DNA of 48,914 nt, taken from an uncultured Rhodobacteraceae bacterium (GTDB lineage Bacteria > Pseudomonadota > Alphaproteobacteria > Rhodobacterales > Rhodobacteraceae). The stretch is from contig CAJIZW010000105.1 in the NCBI GenBank assembly GCA_905181985.1, positions 1 to 48,914 of the forward strand, written 5' to 3'. A model generated the notes under the pieces. It was not told the DNA's origin. It did not search any database and worked only from the letters and a program-made list of their open reading frames with translations. The position numbers were made by a program, and so were the translations under genes. Shown one piece after another: positions 10,466 to 19,230 of the stretch. Within the stretch, counting starts at the first letter, position 1. Each line of letters begins with the position of its first letter.

Positions 10466-11380
10466 TTATTCTCTTAATAACAATAATAATGAAACAATTA
10501 TTAAAAGAAGCCCTATTAATACAAGAGGCGTTGGGGGTGGATTTCCAAGTATTAACTCCCACAATACTACCCAACTCGGAATTAGGTAAGTGTAAGCCAT
10601 AACTTTTGAAGATGGTAATATCATAGTAGAATGGTGGATCAGCAAATTAGTTACAGCAGATGCAAATATCGCTAAATAGAGTAAGCACACCCAAAATACC
10701 CAGGGTAGATCAACCCAAGATACAGAAGCTATGTCTCTCCAAAAAAATAAGAACAAAAGCAATGTCCCAGCTAGCAAAGTACCTGCTGTGAACACTAAGG
10801 GAGTTTCGCCTCGGTTTAGTTTTCTTACTAATGGAGTATAAATTGCATGAAAAATACACGCAAAAAAGAATATTAGCTCACCAGTACCTATATCAAAATT
10901 AATAAGTGAACTGAAATCAGCCTTAAATATTGTCCAGATAGCTCCGATTGCACCAATAAAAAGGGCCAAAGCGATACGAGTATTAATAAATTGCTTCAAC
11001 AAAAAATAACCAGCTATGGCTGAAAACAACGGTGTTAGAGTAAATACAGCAGAAGTGCTGACTGGTGGTGCTGTTTTTAGAGCTTCAAACATCAAGACAA
11101 AATAGGTTATAAACACCCCACCTAGAACGAAATATCGCCAAGTAGATTTAAAGGCAGTGCGAGGAATTCCCTCTCTTAAAGCTGCAACAGACGCTATAAT
11201 ACAAAATGCAATCAGAAACCGCACAGCTGTTAACGCGCCTGGCGACACCAGATTAGCAATAATAGATCCAAGAGAGAATGAGCCCGCCACTAGCACTGAG
11301 AACAAAAGCATCGACAAATGTCCAAAATAGTGGGGCTTAGCTATTATTTTAAAGATGGTTGACCCCCATTTATAACTCAA
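10466..11380 (-). CDS. EamA/DMT family transporter
   Basis: About 10 TM helices in two EamA-like halves. The track start is TTG; the next ATG is at 11311. Confidence 0.75.
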   Translation of the reverse strand: MSYKWGSTIFKIIAKPHYFGHLSMLLFSVLVAGSFSLGSIIANLVSPGALTAVRFLIAFCIIASVAALREGIPRTAFKSTWRYFVLGGVFITYFVLMFEALKTAPPVSTSAVFTLTPLFSAIAGYFLLKQFINTRIALALFIGAIGAIWTIFKADFSSLINFDIGTGELIFFFACIFHAIYTPLVRKLNRGETPLVFTAGTLLAGTLLLFLFFWRDIASVSWVDLPWVFWVCLLYLAIFASAVTNLLIHHSTMILPSSKVMAYTYLIPSWVVLWELILGNPPPTPLVLIGLLLIIVSLLLLLRE

Positions 11381-11514
11381 AAATTAGAAAACTCTTATTT
11401 TGCCTAAGTAACCTTACTCTTGATCGGCGTGTTAACGATATAACAATAAGTTATCTAGCAATAAAGTATAAAAAAAAATCAACACTTAAGAAAATTATAA
11501 CAAAATACCACTGC

Positions 11515-11543
11515 TTGACACCTTAGTTTTATGAGTTTATTCA
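11515..11543 (+). promoter_or_regulatory. Candidate sigma70-type promoter for ffh
   Basis: TTGACA (11515-11520), 17-nt spacer, TATTCA (11538-11543), about 140 nt upstream of the ffh ATG. Confidence 0.3.
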
Positions 11544-11553
11544 GCGTTTAATT

Positions 11554-11648
11554 CGGAAGTTATACTCTTCCGGTCTTTGCTGTCAGCAGAGATCGTCCCC
11601 CACCAGCGTTGTACGCCCGTGGGGGCGTTAGGCGTTACAGAAATCTCT
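11554..11648 (+). promoter_or_regulatory. Structured 5' leader of ffh (nested hairpins)
   Basis: Hairpin CGGAAG/CTTCCG (11554-11572). Outer stem AGAGAT/ATCTCT (11588-11593 and 11643-11648) encloses a G/C-rich stem CCCCCAC/GTGGGGG (11597-11603 and 11619-11625). Confidence 0.3.
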
Positions 11649-11684
11649 TAGCCCAGGGATTGATATTTTAAGGAGGGGCCACTG

Positions 11685-13181
11685 ATGTTTGAAAATCTTT
11701 CAGAACGCCTCACTGGTGTTTTTGGAAAACTTACTAGGCAAGGCACATTATCAGACGATGATGTGAGCACGGCTCTACGAGAAGTTAGAATTGCCCTACT
11801 TGAAGCTGACGTATCTTTGCAGGTAGCAAGGGACTTTGTTGCCGCCGTGTCTGAAAAGGCCAAAGGTCAGAACGTAGTAAAGTCGGTTACACCGGGCCAA
11901 CAAGTTATAAAAATTGTTCATGATGAGTTAAAACATTTCTTAGCAGGTGACAAAGATCAAGAATCAGACAAGTTAAAGATTGATAATCCACCAGCACCAA
12001 TCTTAATGGTTGGGTTGCAGGGCTCCGGTAAGACAACAACTACTGCTAAGCTTGCAAAAAGACTTACTGAACGGAATAAAAAACGCGTACTAATGGCTTC
12101 ATTAGATGTTAATCGCCCAGCGGCAATGGAACAATTAGCCATTCTTGGCTTACAAATTGGTGTAGACACCTTACCTATTGTTCCTGGAGAGCGCCCAGTA
12201 GATATCGCACGAAGAGCAAAACAGCACGCCACTTTAGGTGGTTATGACGTTTTCATGCTCGACACAGCAGGCAGGCTTCATATTGATGAGGTTTTGATGC
12301 ACGAAGTCGAAGCCGTTCGTGACATCACTAATCCTCGTGAAATATTACTCGTAGTAGACGGTTTAACAGGCCAGGATGCCGTGAACGTTGCTAAAGAGTT
12401 CGACGAGAAGGTTGGTGTATCAGGTGTTGTTCTAACAAGGATGGACGGTGACGGCAGAGGCGGAGCAGCACTATCTATGCGGGCGATTACAGGTAAGCCT
12501 ATAAAGTTTGTAGGTTTAGGCGAGAAAATGGAAGCCCTAGAAACTTTTGAACCTGAACGAATTGCCGGCAGAATACTTGGGATGGGCGATATTGTTTCTT
12601 TGGTAGAGAAAGCTCAAGACACAATAGAAGCTGATCAAGCTGAAAAAATGATGAAGCGTTTTAAAAAGGGTCGATTCAATATGAATGACTTAAAAGCGCA
12701 ACTCGAACAAATGATGAAAATGGGTGGGATGGACGGCGTTATGGGTATGATCCCAGGCATGAAAAAAATGGCCTCACAGGCAAAAGGTGCCGGATTTGAC
12801 GATAAAATGTTAAAGCAACAGATTGCACTAATCCAGTCAATGACAAAACGTGAGAAAGCAAACCCACAGATCCTTCAGGCATCGCGAAAAAAACGCATAG
12901 CTATGGGATCCGGCCTAGATGTTCCAGACCTTAACAAACTTTTAAAAATGCATCGCCAAATGTCTGACATGATGAAAAAGATGGGAAAAGGTGGGATGCT
13001 GAAGCAAGCAATGAAAGGTATGTTTGGAAAGGGTGGTCTACCTTCAGATATTCCTAATCTTGATAAAAATAGTCTCGAAGAAGCAACTAAAAAACTTGGT
13101 GGCACAAATACTTTCCCAAGCCTTAGTGGTGGATTTGGGCTTCCCCCAGGCTTATCTGGGTTTGGCAAAAAGAATAAATAG
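11685..13181 (+). CDS. ffh: Signal recognition particle protein Ffh
   Basis: NG domain GLQGSGKTTT, DTAGRL, TRMDGD. Met-rich M domain (MMKMGGMDGVMGMIPGM). AGGAGG SD. Confidence 0.95.
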   Translation: MFENLSERLTGVFGKLTRQGTLSDDDVSTALREVRIALLEADVSLQVARDFVAAVSEKAKGQNVVKSVTPGQQVIKIVHDELKHFLAGDKDQESDKLKIDNPPAPILMVGLQGSGKTTTTAKLAKRLTERNKKRVLMASLDVNRPAAMEQLAILGLQIGVDTLPIVPGERPVDIARRAKQHATLGGYDVFMLDTAGRLHIDEVLMHEVEAVRDITNPREILLVVDGLTGQDAVNVAKEFDEKVGVSGVVLTRMDGDGRGGAALSMRAITGKPIKFVGLGEKMEALETFEPERIAGRILGMGDIVSLVEKAQDTIEADQAEKMMKRFKKGRFNMNDLKAQLEQMMKMGGMDGVMGMIPGMKKMASQAKGAGFDDKMLKQQIALIQSMTKREKANPQILQASRKKRIAMGSGLDVPDLNKLLKMHRQMSDMMKKMGKGGMLKQAMKGMFGKGGLPSDIPNLDKNSLEEATKKLGGTNTFPSLSGGFGLPPGLSGFGKKNK

Positions 13182-13204
13182 GTTTTAAAAATAAAGAGAA
13201 GATT

Positions 13205-13501
13205 ATGAATAATAAACAAAAGCAAGCACAAGAATTACTTAAGGAACACCGAGAAAGTATTGATCGTCTCGATGCAGTATTGATTTATACTCTTGGAGAG
13301 CGTTTCAAACAAACACAAATGGTGGGAAAACTCAAAGCTGAGTATAATTTACCACCTGCTGACCCTGCACGTGAAGAGATCCAGATAGCTCGTTTGGGAA
13401 AATTAGCAGAGGACGCAAATTTAAACCCAGAGTTTGCAGAAAAGTTCTTAAAATTTATAATCACAGAGGTAATTCAAAATCACAATAAACATCAATCTTA
13501 A
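13205..13501 (+). CDS. Chorismate mutase family protein (AroQ-type, small)
   Basis: 98-aa all-helical protein (LKEHRESIDRLDAVLIYTLGERF ... PAREE). Sits in the conserved alphaproteobacterial position between ffh and rpsP. Confidence 0.75.
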   Translation: MNNKQKQAQELLKEHRESIDRLDAVLIYTLGERFKQTQMVGKLKAEYNLPPADPAREEIQIARLGKLAEDANLNPEFAEKFLKFIITEVIQNHNKHQS

Positions 13502-13537
13502 TCATTTTAACAAAATAAACCCAAGGAGAAATATATA

Positions 13538-14122
13538 ATGGCAATGAAAATTAGGTTAGCACGTGGCGGCTCAAAGAAACGTCCCTTTTACCGTATAGTG
13601 GCAGCTGACAGCCGAATGCCTCGGGATGGGCGCTATATTGAAAGGTTAGGGACATACAACCCACTTCTAGCCAAAGATAGTGAAGAGCGTGTGAAAATGA
13701 ATATGGAGAGAATTCAATACTGGTTAGGAGAAGGAGCCCAACCGACCGACAGAATTAGCAGAATGCTCGAAGCTGCTGGTATCCTTGAAAAGAAAGTGCG
13801 AACCAATTTAAAGAAAGGTGAGCCTGGCCAAAAAGCTAAGGATCGTGTGGAACAAAAGGCTGCTAAGTTAGCAGAAGCAGAAGCAGCACCAGAAGCTCCT
13901 GCAGAAGTAGCACCAGAAGCTCCTGCAGAAGTAGTAGCTGAAGCACCTGCAGAAGTAGTAGCTGAAGCACCTGCAGAAGCAGTACCAGAAGCTCCTGCAG
14001 AAGTAGCAGCTGAAGTAGCAGCTGAAGCACCAGCAGAAGCAGCAGCAGAAGTAGTAGCTGAAGCAGCAGCAGAAGCACCTGCAGAAGTAGTAGCTGAAGC
14101 CCCTGCAGAAGCCAAAAAGTAG
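13538..14122 (+). CDS. rpsP: 30S ribosomal protein S16 with a long Ala/Glu/Pro/Val repeat tail
   Basis: N-terminus [26 protein letters not shown] is canonical S16. Residues from about 110 onward are repeats of the APAEVVAE type. Confidence 0.9.
   Translation: MAMKIRLARGGSKKRPFYRIVAADSRMPRDGRYIERLGTYNPLLAKDSEERVKMNMERIQYWLGEGAQPTDRISRMLEAAGILEKKVRTNLKKGEPGQKAKDRVEQKAAKLAEAEAAPEAPAEVAPEAPAEVVAEAPAEVVAEAPAEAVPEAPAEVAAEVAAEAPAEAAAEVVAEAAAEAPAEVVAEAPAEAKK
13871..14113 (+). repeat. In-frame imperfect tandem repeat (24-nt unit, 12-nt sub-period) inside rpsP
   Basis: About ten units of the type gcaccagaagctcctgcagaagta / gtagctgaagcacctgcagaagta, read directly from the sequence. Confidence 0.85.
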
Positions 14123-14157
14123 TTTAGCTTAAATGAAATAAGTCATCGAGGTAAAAA

Positions 14158-14262
14158 ATGTCTGATATCTCTTTTTATCCAAAAAGTGTTCTAAGAAAAA
14201 CAACCTCGATGACAATACTACAAAGAAACAAACATCTAACATTACAAACTAAAATGAAATGA
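14158..14262 (+). CDS. Candidate small ORF 1 (34 aa, basic) in the rpsP-rimM spacer
   Basis: GAGG SD 6 nt upstream of the ATG. Product is MSDISFYPKSVLRKTTSMTILQRNKHLTLQTKMK. The stop overlaps the start of small ORF 2 (ATGA). Below the ORF-track length cutoff. Confidence 0.3.
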   Translation: MSDISFYPKSVLRKTTSMTILQRNKHLTLQTKMK

Positions 14263-14405
14263 TACGCCGTACAATCATATTATTATTTTGTGCGATAGCA
14301 TTTATAGCTGGTATTAAAGTGGAAAGGTCGATGCAACTGAACCGTTGTACGGAAGCTGGAGGCATTATACAGGATCGTGCCCTATGCATGGAGATAAAAA
14401 AGTAA
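14259..14405 (+). CDS. Candidate small membrane/secreted protein (48 aa) coupled to rimM
   Basis: Product is MIRRTIILLFCAIAFIAGIKVERSMQLNRCTEAGGIIQDRALCMEIKK, with an N-terminal hydrophobic helix and a Cys-containing tail. The start overlaps the ORF 1 stop and the TAA overlaps the rimM ATG (TAATG). Confidence 0.4.
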   Translation: MIRRTIILLFCAIAFIAGIKVERSMQLNRCTEAGGIIQDRALCMEIKK

Positions 14406-14908
14406 TGGACAATAACTGGATTATCGTAGGGGCTATCGCTGGTTCTTTTGGAACAAGGGGAGAGGTCCGATTAAAATCATTTTGCGCTAACCCAAAAGAC
14501 ATTGAAACATATTCACCTCTGAATGCGGACAATAAAAAAACATATACGTTGAAAATAAAAAAAGTAACAAAGGACTTATTAGTAGCGAATATTTCAGGTG
14601 TAACAAGTAAAGAGGATGCTGACTCTCTTAAAGGTGTTAAACTCTATGCCAATAGGGATAACTTTCCTAACCTGCTAAACGATGAGTTTTATTATTCTGA
14701 CCTTATCGGGCTGACAGTATTAAATCCTAGTAGTCAAAAAATTGGTACCGTATCTGCAATTCTAAACCACGGGGCAAGTGACATCATCGAAATTAGTACA
14801 TCAAAAAATGACAAATTTCTTTTACCCTTTACCAAAGAAACTGTACCAACTATCGATCTACCGAAAAAGACTATTATAGTAAATTTACCATCAGAAGTTG
14901 GGGAATAA
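14405..14908 (+). CDS. rimM: 16S rRNA processing protein RimM
   Basis: The ATG at 14405 gives MDNNWIIVGAIAGSFGTRGEVRLKSF, the canonical RimM N-terminus. The track start at 14345 is an upstream TTG. Position is rpsP-rimM-trmD. Confidence 0.85.
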   Translation: MDNNWIIVGAIAGSFGTRGEVRLKSFCANPKDIETYSPLNADNKKTYTLKIKKVTKDLLVANISGVTSKEDADSLKGVKLYANRDNFPNLLNDEFYYSDLIGLTVLNPSSQKIGTVSAILNHGASDIIEISTSKNDKFLLPFTKETVPTIDLPKKTIIVNLPSEVGE

Positions 14909-14915
14909 AAATACT

Positions 14916-15746
14916 ATGAAATACCCAGGAAAGTCCCACGGTAAATTATCGATTAAACCCTCCTCAATTCCCAGAGAATTGATTAAAGTTAACAATATCA
15001 ATCAAAATGCCTGGATTGCTAAAGTAATCACCCTTTTTCCAGAAATTTTTCCTGGTGCATTGAATTCATCTTTGGTTGGAAAAGCTCTTCAAGAGGGCCT
15101 TTGGGGTTTAGAGACCGTCGATCTAAGAAAATTTGGGGAAGGTAAACATCGCAATGTTGATGACACTCCCTACGGTGGTGGACCAGGTATGATATTACGT
15201 GCTGACATTATGGAAAAAGCAATAGAAAGCGCAATGTCAGAAGTACCAAAAGATAGGAAAAACTGGCCTCTAGTTTACCTTTCCCCTCGGGGAGCACGGT
15301 TTTCTCAATCGAAGGCTGAAGAGTGGGCCCAGGGTTCAGGAATAACGCTAATCTGTGGTCGTTTTGAGGGTTTAGATCAAAGGGTTATAGATCATTTCAG
15401 TATAGAGGAAGTATCACTTGGGGATTTCATACTCACCGGAGGTGAGTTAGCGGCTCAGGCCTTGATTGATTCGACAGTAAGGCTTATACCCTCGGTCGTT
15501 GGGAATCAGAAATCAATTATAGAAGAAAGTTTTCAAAACGACTTGCTAGAGTATTCTCAATATACTAGACCGTCCGTCTGGCAAGGTTATGATATTCCAG
15601 AAGTTCTTCTCTCTGGAGATCATGCCAAAATAAAATGCTGGCGGAAAAGACAAGCTGAAAGGCTTACTAAAGAAAAGCGACCTGACCTCTGGCGGGCTTA
15701 TTGTTTAAAAAATAATAGGGACCCGGGCGAAGACCAAGAGCTCTAA
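14916..15746 (+). CDS. trmD: tRNA (guanine37-N1)-methyltransferase TrmD
   Basis: [37 protein letters not shown] and [12 protein letters not shown] motifs. ATG at 14916 follows GGGGA. The N-terminal ~30 aa are non-canonical. Confidence 0.9.
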   Translation: MKYPGKSHGKLSIKPSSIPRELIKVNNINQNAWIAKVITLFPEIFPGALNSSLVGKALQEGLWGLETVDLRKFGEGKHRNVDDTPYGGGPGMILRADIMEKAIESAMSEVPKDRKNWPLVYLSPRGARFSQSKAEEWAQGSGITLICGRFEGLDQRVIDHFSIEEVSLGDFILTGGELAAQALIDSTVRLIPSVVGNQKSIIEESFQNDLLEYSQYTRPSVWQGYDIPEVLLSGDHAKIKCWRKRQAERLTKEKRPDLWRAYCLKNNRDPGEDQEL

Positions 15747-15799
15747 GGTGCATTATAACTTCGTGGACAAACTGCGAGCATTTTAAAAGGAAGAGTCTA

Positions 15800-16183
15800 A
15801 TGGACTTAATACAAAAAATAGACGCAGACCAAATAGCTGCGCTTGAAAATAACCTCCCCGACTTTAAAGCCGGCGACACAATTCGCGTGGGATATAAAGT
15901 GACAGAGGGAACTAGGTCTCGTATTCAAAATTATGAAGGTGTATGCATCGCCCGTAATAATGGAAAAGGCATAGCCGGTTCTTTTACAGTAAGAAAGATA
16001 TCATTTGGAGAGGGAGTAGAACGTGTTTTTCCACTTCACTCAACAAACATCGATAGTCTGACTGTTGTAAGAAGGGGTCGAGTCAGGAGAGCCAAACTAT
16101 ACTACCTAAGAGCAAGAAGAGGTAAATCGGCACGAATTTCAGAAGATACAAACTATAAACCTGCCAGTAACAGTAAAACTTAG
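15800..16183 (+). CDS. rplS: 50S ribosomal protein L19
   Basis: [30 protein letters not shown] and RRAKLYYLR motifs. Confidence 0.95.
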   Translation: MDLIQKIDADQIAALENNLPDFKAGDTIRVGYKVTEGTRSRIQNYEGVCIARNNGKGIAGSFTVRKISFGEGVERVFPLHSTNIDSLTVVRRGRVRRAKLYYLRARRGKSARISEDTNYKPASNSKT

Positions 16184-16195
16184 AGGAATTTGGTC

Positions 16196-16417
16196 ATGAA
16201 AAAAGATACACATCCAGATTATCACATGATTAACGTCAAAATGACAAATGGTGATATAATTAAGATGAAGTCAACTTGGGGAGCTGAGGGAGATCAGCTT
16301 TCGTTGGATATTGATCCATCGGCACATCCTGCTTGGACAGGAGGAAACCAAAAGCTTTTAGATACTGGGGGTAGAGTATCTAAATTTAAATCCAAATATG
16401 ACGGTTTAGGGTTTTAG
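16196..16417 (+). CDS. rpmE: 50S ribosomal protein L31
   Basis: [11 protein letters not shown]-terminus. The track start at 16190 is TTG; ATG is at 16196. Confidence 0.9.
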   Translation: MKKDTHPDYHMINVKMTNGDIIKMKSTWGAEGDQLSLDIDPSAHPAWTGGNQKLLDTGGRVSKFKSKYDGLGF

Positions 16418-16445
16418 AAAATCTAAATAAATATAAGAAAAAGTG

Positions 16446-16472
16446 GAGCCTACAAATGTAGGCTCTTTTTTT
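16446..16472 (+). terminator. Rho-independent terminator after rpmE
   Basis: Stem GAGCCTA/TAGGCTC with a small loop, followed by seven T residues. Confidence 0.7.
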
Positions 16473-16550
16473 ATCAGGATCTTTTAAGGTTAAATTAACT
16501 TAAAGCATATTAAAACTTCACAAAAATATCTTTAATAGAAGAGAACCAAA

Positions 16551-17180
16551 ATGATTGATTTTTACACTTGGGGAACACCAAACGGTAGAAAAGTTTCTAT
16601 ACTGTTAGAAGAGTTAAAGTTAGATTATCAAGTAGTTCCAATAAATATAAGTAATAAAGAACAATTTACTGAAGAGTTCCTAACATTAAGTCCCAATAAT
16701 AAAATACCAGCAATTTATGATCATGACACGGGAATAAGTTTAATGGAATCCGGAGCGATCATGATTTATTTAGCCGAAAAAGCTAATCAACTACTTTCAA
16801 AAGACTTAAGAAAACGTATTAAAGTTATTGAGTGGCTAATGTGGCAAAAAGCAGGTTTTGGCCCAATGTTAGGTCAAGCACATCATTTTTTACACTATAA
16901 TAAAGGTAAAGCGCCCTACGCAGAAGAACGTTACCGATCGGAAGCTAACAGGCTCTATAGTATATTAAATAAGCAGCTTTCCAAATCCCCGTTCGTAGTT
17001 GAAGATTATTCAATTGCTGACATTGCAATTTGGCCATGGGTGTCGCGATACGAATGGCAAGAGATTAATCTATCAGAATTTCCTAACGTCAGGTCTTGGT
17101 ACAAAAGAATTTTGGCTAGAGAACCCGTTCAAAAGGGCTATCACATCCCAACACAGCTTTCTGATATTCCAATCGGTTAA
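16551..17180 (+). CDS. Glutathione S-transferase (YfcG/Nu-class-like)
   Basis: Thioredoxin-like N-domain (FYTWGTPNGRKVSILLEEL ... KIPAIYDHD ... ESGAIMIYLAEK) and a helical C-domain. Confidence 0.85.
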   Translation: MIDFYTWGTPNGRKVSILLEELKLDYQVVPINISNKEQFTEEFLTLSPNNKIPAIYDHDTGISLMESGAIMIYLAEKANQLLSKDLRKRIKVIEWLMWQKAGFGPMLGQAHHFLHYNKGKAPYAEERYRSEANRLYSILNKQLSKSPFVVEDYSIADIAIWPWVSRYEWQEINLSEFPNVRSWYKRILAREPVQKGYHIPTQLSDIPIG

Positions 17181-17190
17181 ATGATATTAG

Positions 17191-18006
17191 CTATAGTGAT
17201 TTTATGATAGACTTAATATCCAGGTCTCCACTTCGGTCTAATACTTTTCGTCTAAGTTTTTTCATACCTCCCAACCATTTTTGATAGTCAGTTGCCTTTT
17301 TTAAAAAATATTTCTCTACTTCTGGATGAGGTAAAATAAGAAATTCCTCCTTCAAAACAGCAGAAATTACTACTTTTGCAACTTCATCTGGAGACATGAT
17401 CTCCCCTAATTCACCTTCGACCTGACAATCAGTATATCCAAGCATTGGGGTCGAAACGTATTGAGGGCAAACCACTGAAACTCTTATTCCGTCATCACTG
17501 TGGCCAATGGACAAAGACTCCGCAAACCCTATAGCTGCATGCTTTGAAGTTGAATAGGCTGAATTTCCAATTTGGCTCAGCAAACCAGCAGCAGAAATAA
17601 TCTGCAAAAAATACCCTTTTTTTCGACTAATCATACTTGGAAGACAGGCCCGGGCGGCATACACATGTGCCATAACATTAACCTCCCAAGAGCTTTGCCA
17701 ATCTGCGTTTCTTGTAGAGGTTGCATCCCCCAGTTCTTCGAAAAGAACCCCTGCATTAGAACAGAAAATATCTATTTTATAAAACTTTTCGGTTACAACT
17801 TTAACAAGGTCAATAATGCTTTGTTCTATCCTAACATCACAAAAAACCCCTAAACCACCAACCTCCTTACCCAGCTCAACAGCACTTTCAACGTTTATGT
17901 CAGCTATTATTACAGTTGCCCCCTCACTGCTAAACTGCCTCACCAAGGCCTTACCAATTCCACTAGCTCCACCAGTTACGACTATTATTGATTTATTTAG
18001 CTTCAT
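17191..18006 (-). CDS. SDR family oxidoreductase
   Basis: TGGASGIGKAL Rossmann motif, NAG, and catalytic YSTSKHA. Confidence 0.85.
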   Translation of the reverse strand: MKLNKSIIVVTGGASGIGKALVRQFSSEGATVIIADINVESAVELGKEVGGLGVFCDVRIEQSIIDLVKVVTEKFYKIDIFCSNAGVLFEELGDATSTRNADWQSSWEVNVMAHVYAARACLPSMISRKKGYFLQIISAAGLLSQIGNSAYSTSKHAAIGFAESLSIGHSDDGIRVSVVCPQYVSTPMLGYTDCQVEGELGEIMSPDEVAKVVISAVLKEEFLILPHPEVEKYFLKKATDYQKWLGGMKKLRRKVLDRSGDLDIKSIIKSL

Positions 18007-18080
18007 AACTTAATTTATTTCAGTTAATGCTACCAGGATACAGACACCTACCACACTACAATCTTGGGGCAAAGAAATAA

Positions 18081-18812
18081 ATGTCAATTTTAAAAGCTAA
18101 AAATGTAGCTATTATAGGTGCCAGTGGTGCATTAGGAAAAGCACTAGTAGAGAATTTATCTAAAGATAATGATACCAAAAATATCTTTGCCTTCTCAAGA
18201 AAAACAATTCTATTTAGTTCAGAAAAAGTACAAACGCACTCCATTGATTTTGAAGAGGAAGATAGCATATTTAGAGCGTCAAATTGTATCTCTAAACTAA
18301 TGCCTCTTGATCTTATAATTGTCGCAACAGGCATATTACACGATGTTAACTTATATCCAGAGAAGTCACTGAAAGATCTTTCAACTGAAAAATTTCAAAA
18401 ACTATTTCTAATTAACACAATTGGCCCAGCTCTTGTTGCAAAACATTTTTTTCCGTTACTACGAAGAGATAAACGGGCCATTTCAGCAACGCTTTCTGCA
18501 CGAGTAGGTAGCGTCTCTGATAATCAGCTTGGCGGCTGGTACGCATATCGAGCATCTAAAGCCGCTTTAAACATTATTATCAAAAATTCTGCTATTGAAA
18601 TTTCTAGAAAGAATACCAACTCGATAGTGGTTGGGATGCACCCAGGAACCGTTGCAAGCAATCTATCAAAACCTTTTCAAAAAGGAGTGCCGTCGGGAAA
18701 GTTGTTCACTCCCGAACTTGCTGCATCTAGGTTACTAAACGTCTTAAGCACACTAAGGGCTGAAGATACTGGGAAGTGTTTTGCTTGGGACGGTAAAGAA
18801 ATACTTCCGTAA
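18081..18812 (+). CDS. SDR family oxidoreductase (C-factor-like)
   Basis: GASGALGKALV NAD(P)-binding motif and catalytic YRASKAA. Confidence 0.8.
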   Translation: MSILKAKNVAIIGASGALGKALVENLSKDNDTKNIFAFSRKTILFSSEKVQTHSIDFEEEDSIFRASNCISKLMPLDLIIVATGILHDVNLYPEKSLKDLSTEKFQKLFLINTIGPALVAKHFFPLLRRDKRAISATLSARVGSVSDNQLGGWYAYRASKAALNIIIKNSAIEISRKNTNSIVVGMHPGTVASNLSKPFQKGVPSGKLFTPELAASRLLNVLSTLRAEDTGKCFAWDGKEILP

Positions 18813-18907
18813 AATAGGTAATAATAAATAGCCTTTCTAGCTCTTTAAGTTATTATATGAATAAATAATATTTAACCCTACATTAACGGCTAATTGGAGA
18901 AAAAATT

Positions 18908-19144
18908 ATGAATTGTGTGTTTGTTCAAATTCGCTGCAAACCAGGACGAAGTTTAAAAGTGGTCAAAGCGATAACGCTAAAGGAAATTCACTCTGAGCTA
19001 TACTCGACGAGTGGTGATTTTGATCTTTTTTTAAAACTTTACATTCCAGAAAATGTAGACATTAGCACTTATATTAATGACAACCTATTGAGTATCAAAG
19101 GTATAAAAAGAACTCTTACAACTTTGACTTTTAAAGCTTTTTAA
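18908..19144 (+). CDS. Stand-alone Lrp/AsnC ligand-binding (RAM) domain protein
   Basis: 78 aa with a beta-alpha-beta-beta-alpha-beta-like pattern (VFVQIRCKPG ... SGDFDLFLKL ... IKRTLTTL). No HTH. Confidence 0.65.
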   Translation: MNCVFVQIRCKPGRSLKVVKAITLKEIHSELYSTSGDFDLFLKLYIPENVDISTYINDNLLSIKGIKRTLTTLTFKAF

Positions 19145-19230
19145 AAGAAAATTTATATTATTTACGAATATCTAATAATATGCGAATATGAATGCATTAT
19201 CCTATAAATTAAAGTTGTGTGGTTATTATC

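Noticed and set aside
11521-11684. Possible SRP (4.5S) RNA gene just upstream of ffh
   Set aside because: The region lacks the conserved domain IV sequence (GGUCAGGUCCGGAAGGAAGCAGCC-like). Only a coincidental CGGAAG hairpin is present. It is treated as an ffh leader instead.
13871-14113. Tandem repeats that might be mistaken for a CRISPR-like array
   Set aside because: The units are contiguous 24-nt imperfect copies with no spacers. They lie entirely inside the rpsP reading frame, and there are no cas genes.
13714-14115. Minus-strand ORFs of 133 aa and 71 aa (13863..14078) opposite the rpsP tail
   Set aside because: They are low-complexity Ala/Ser/Thr or poly-Leu translations created by the reverse complement of the in-frame GAA/GCA repeat of rpsP. 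They have no RBS or independent signal.
16999-17184. 61-aa ORF in an alternative frame inside the GST gene
   Set aside because: It is entirely nested in the GST coding region on the same strand and has no independent support.
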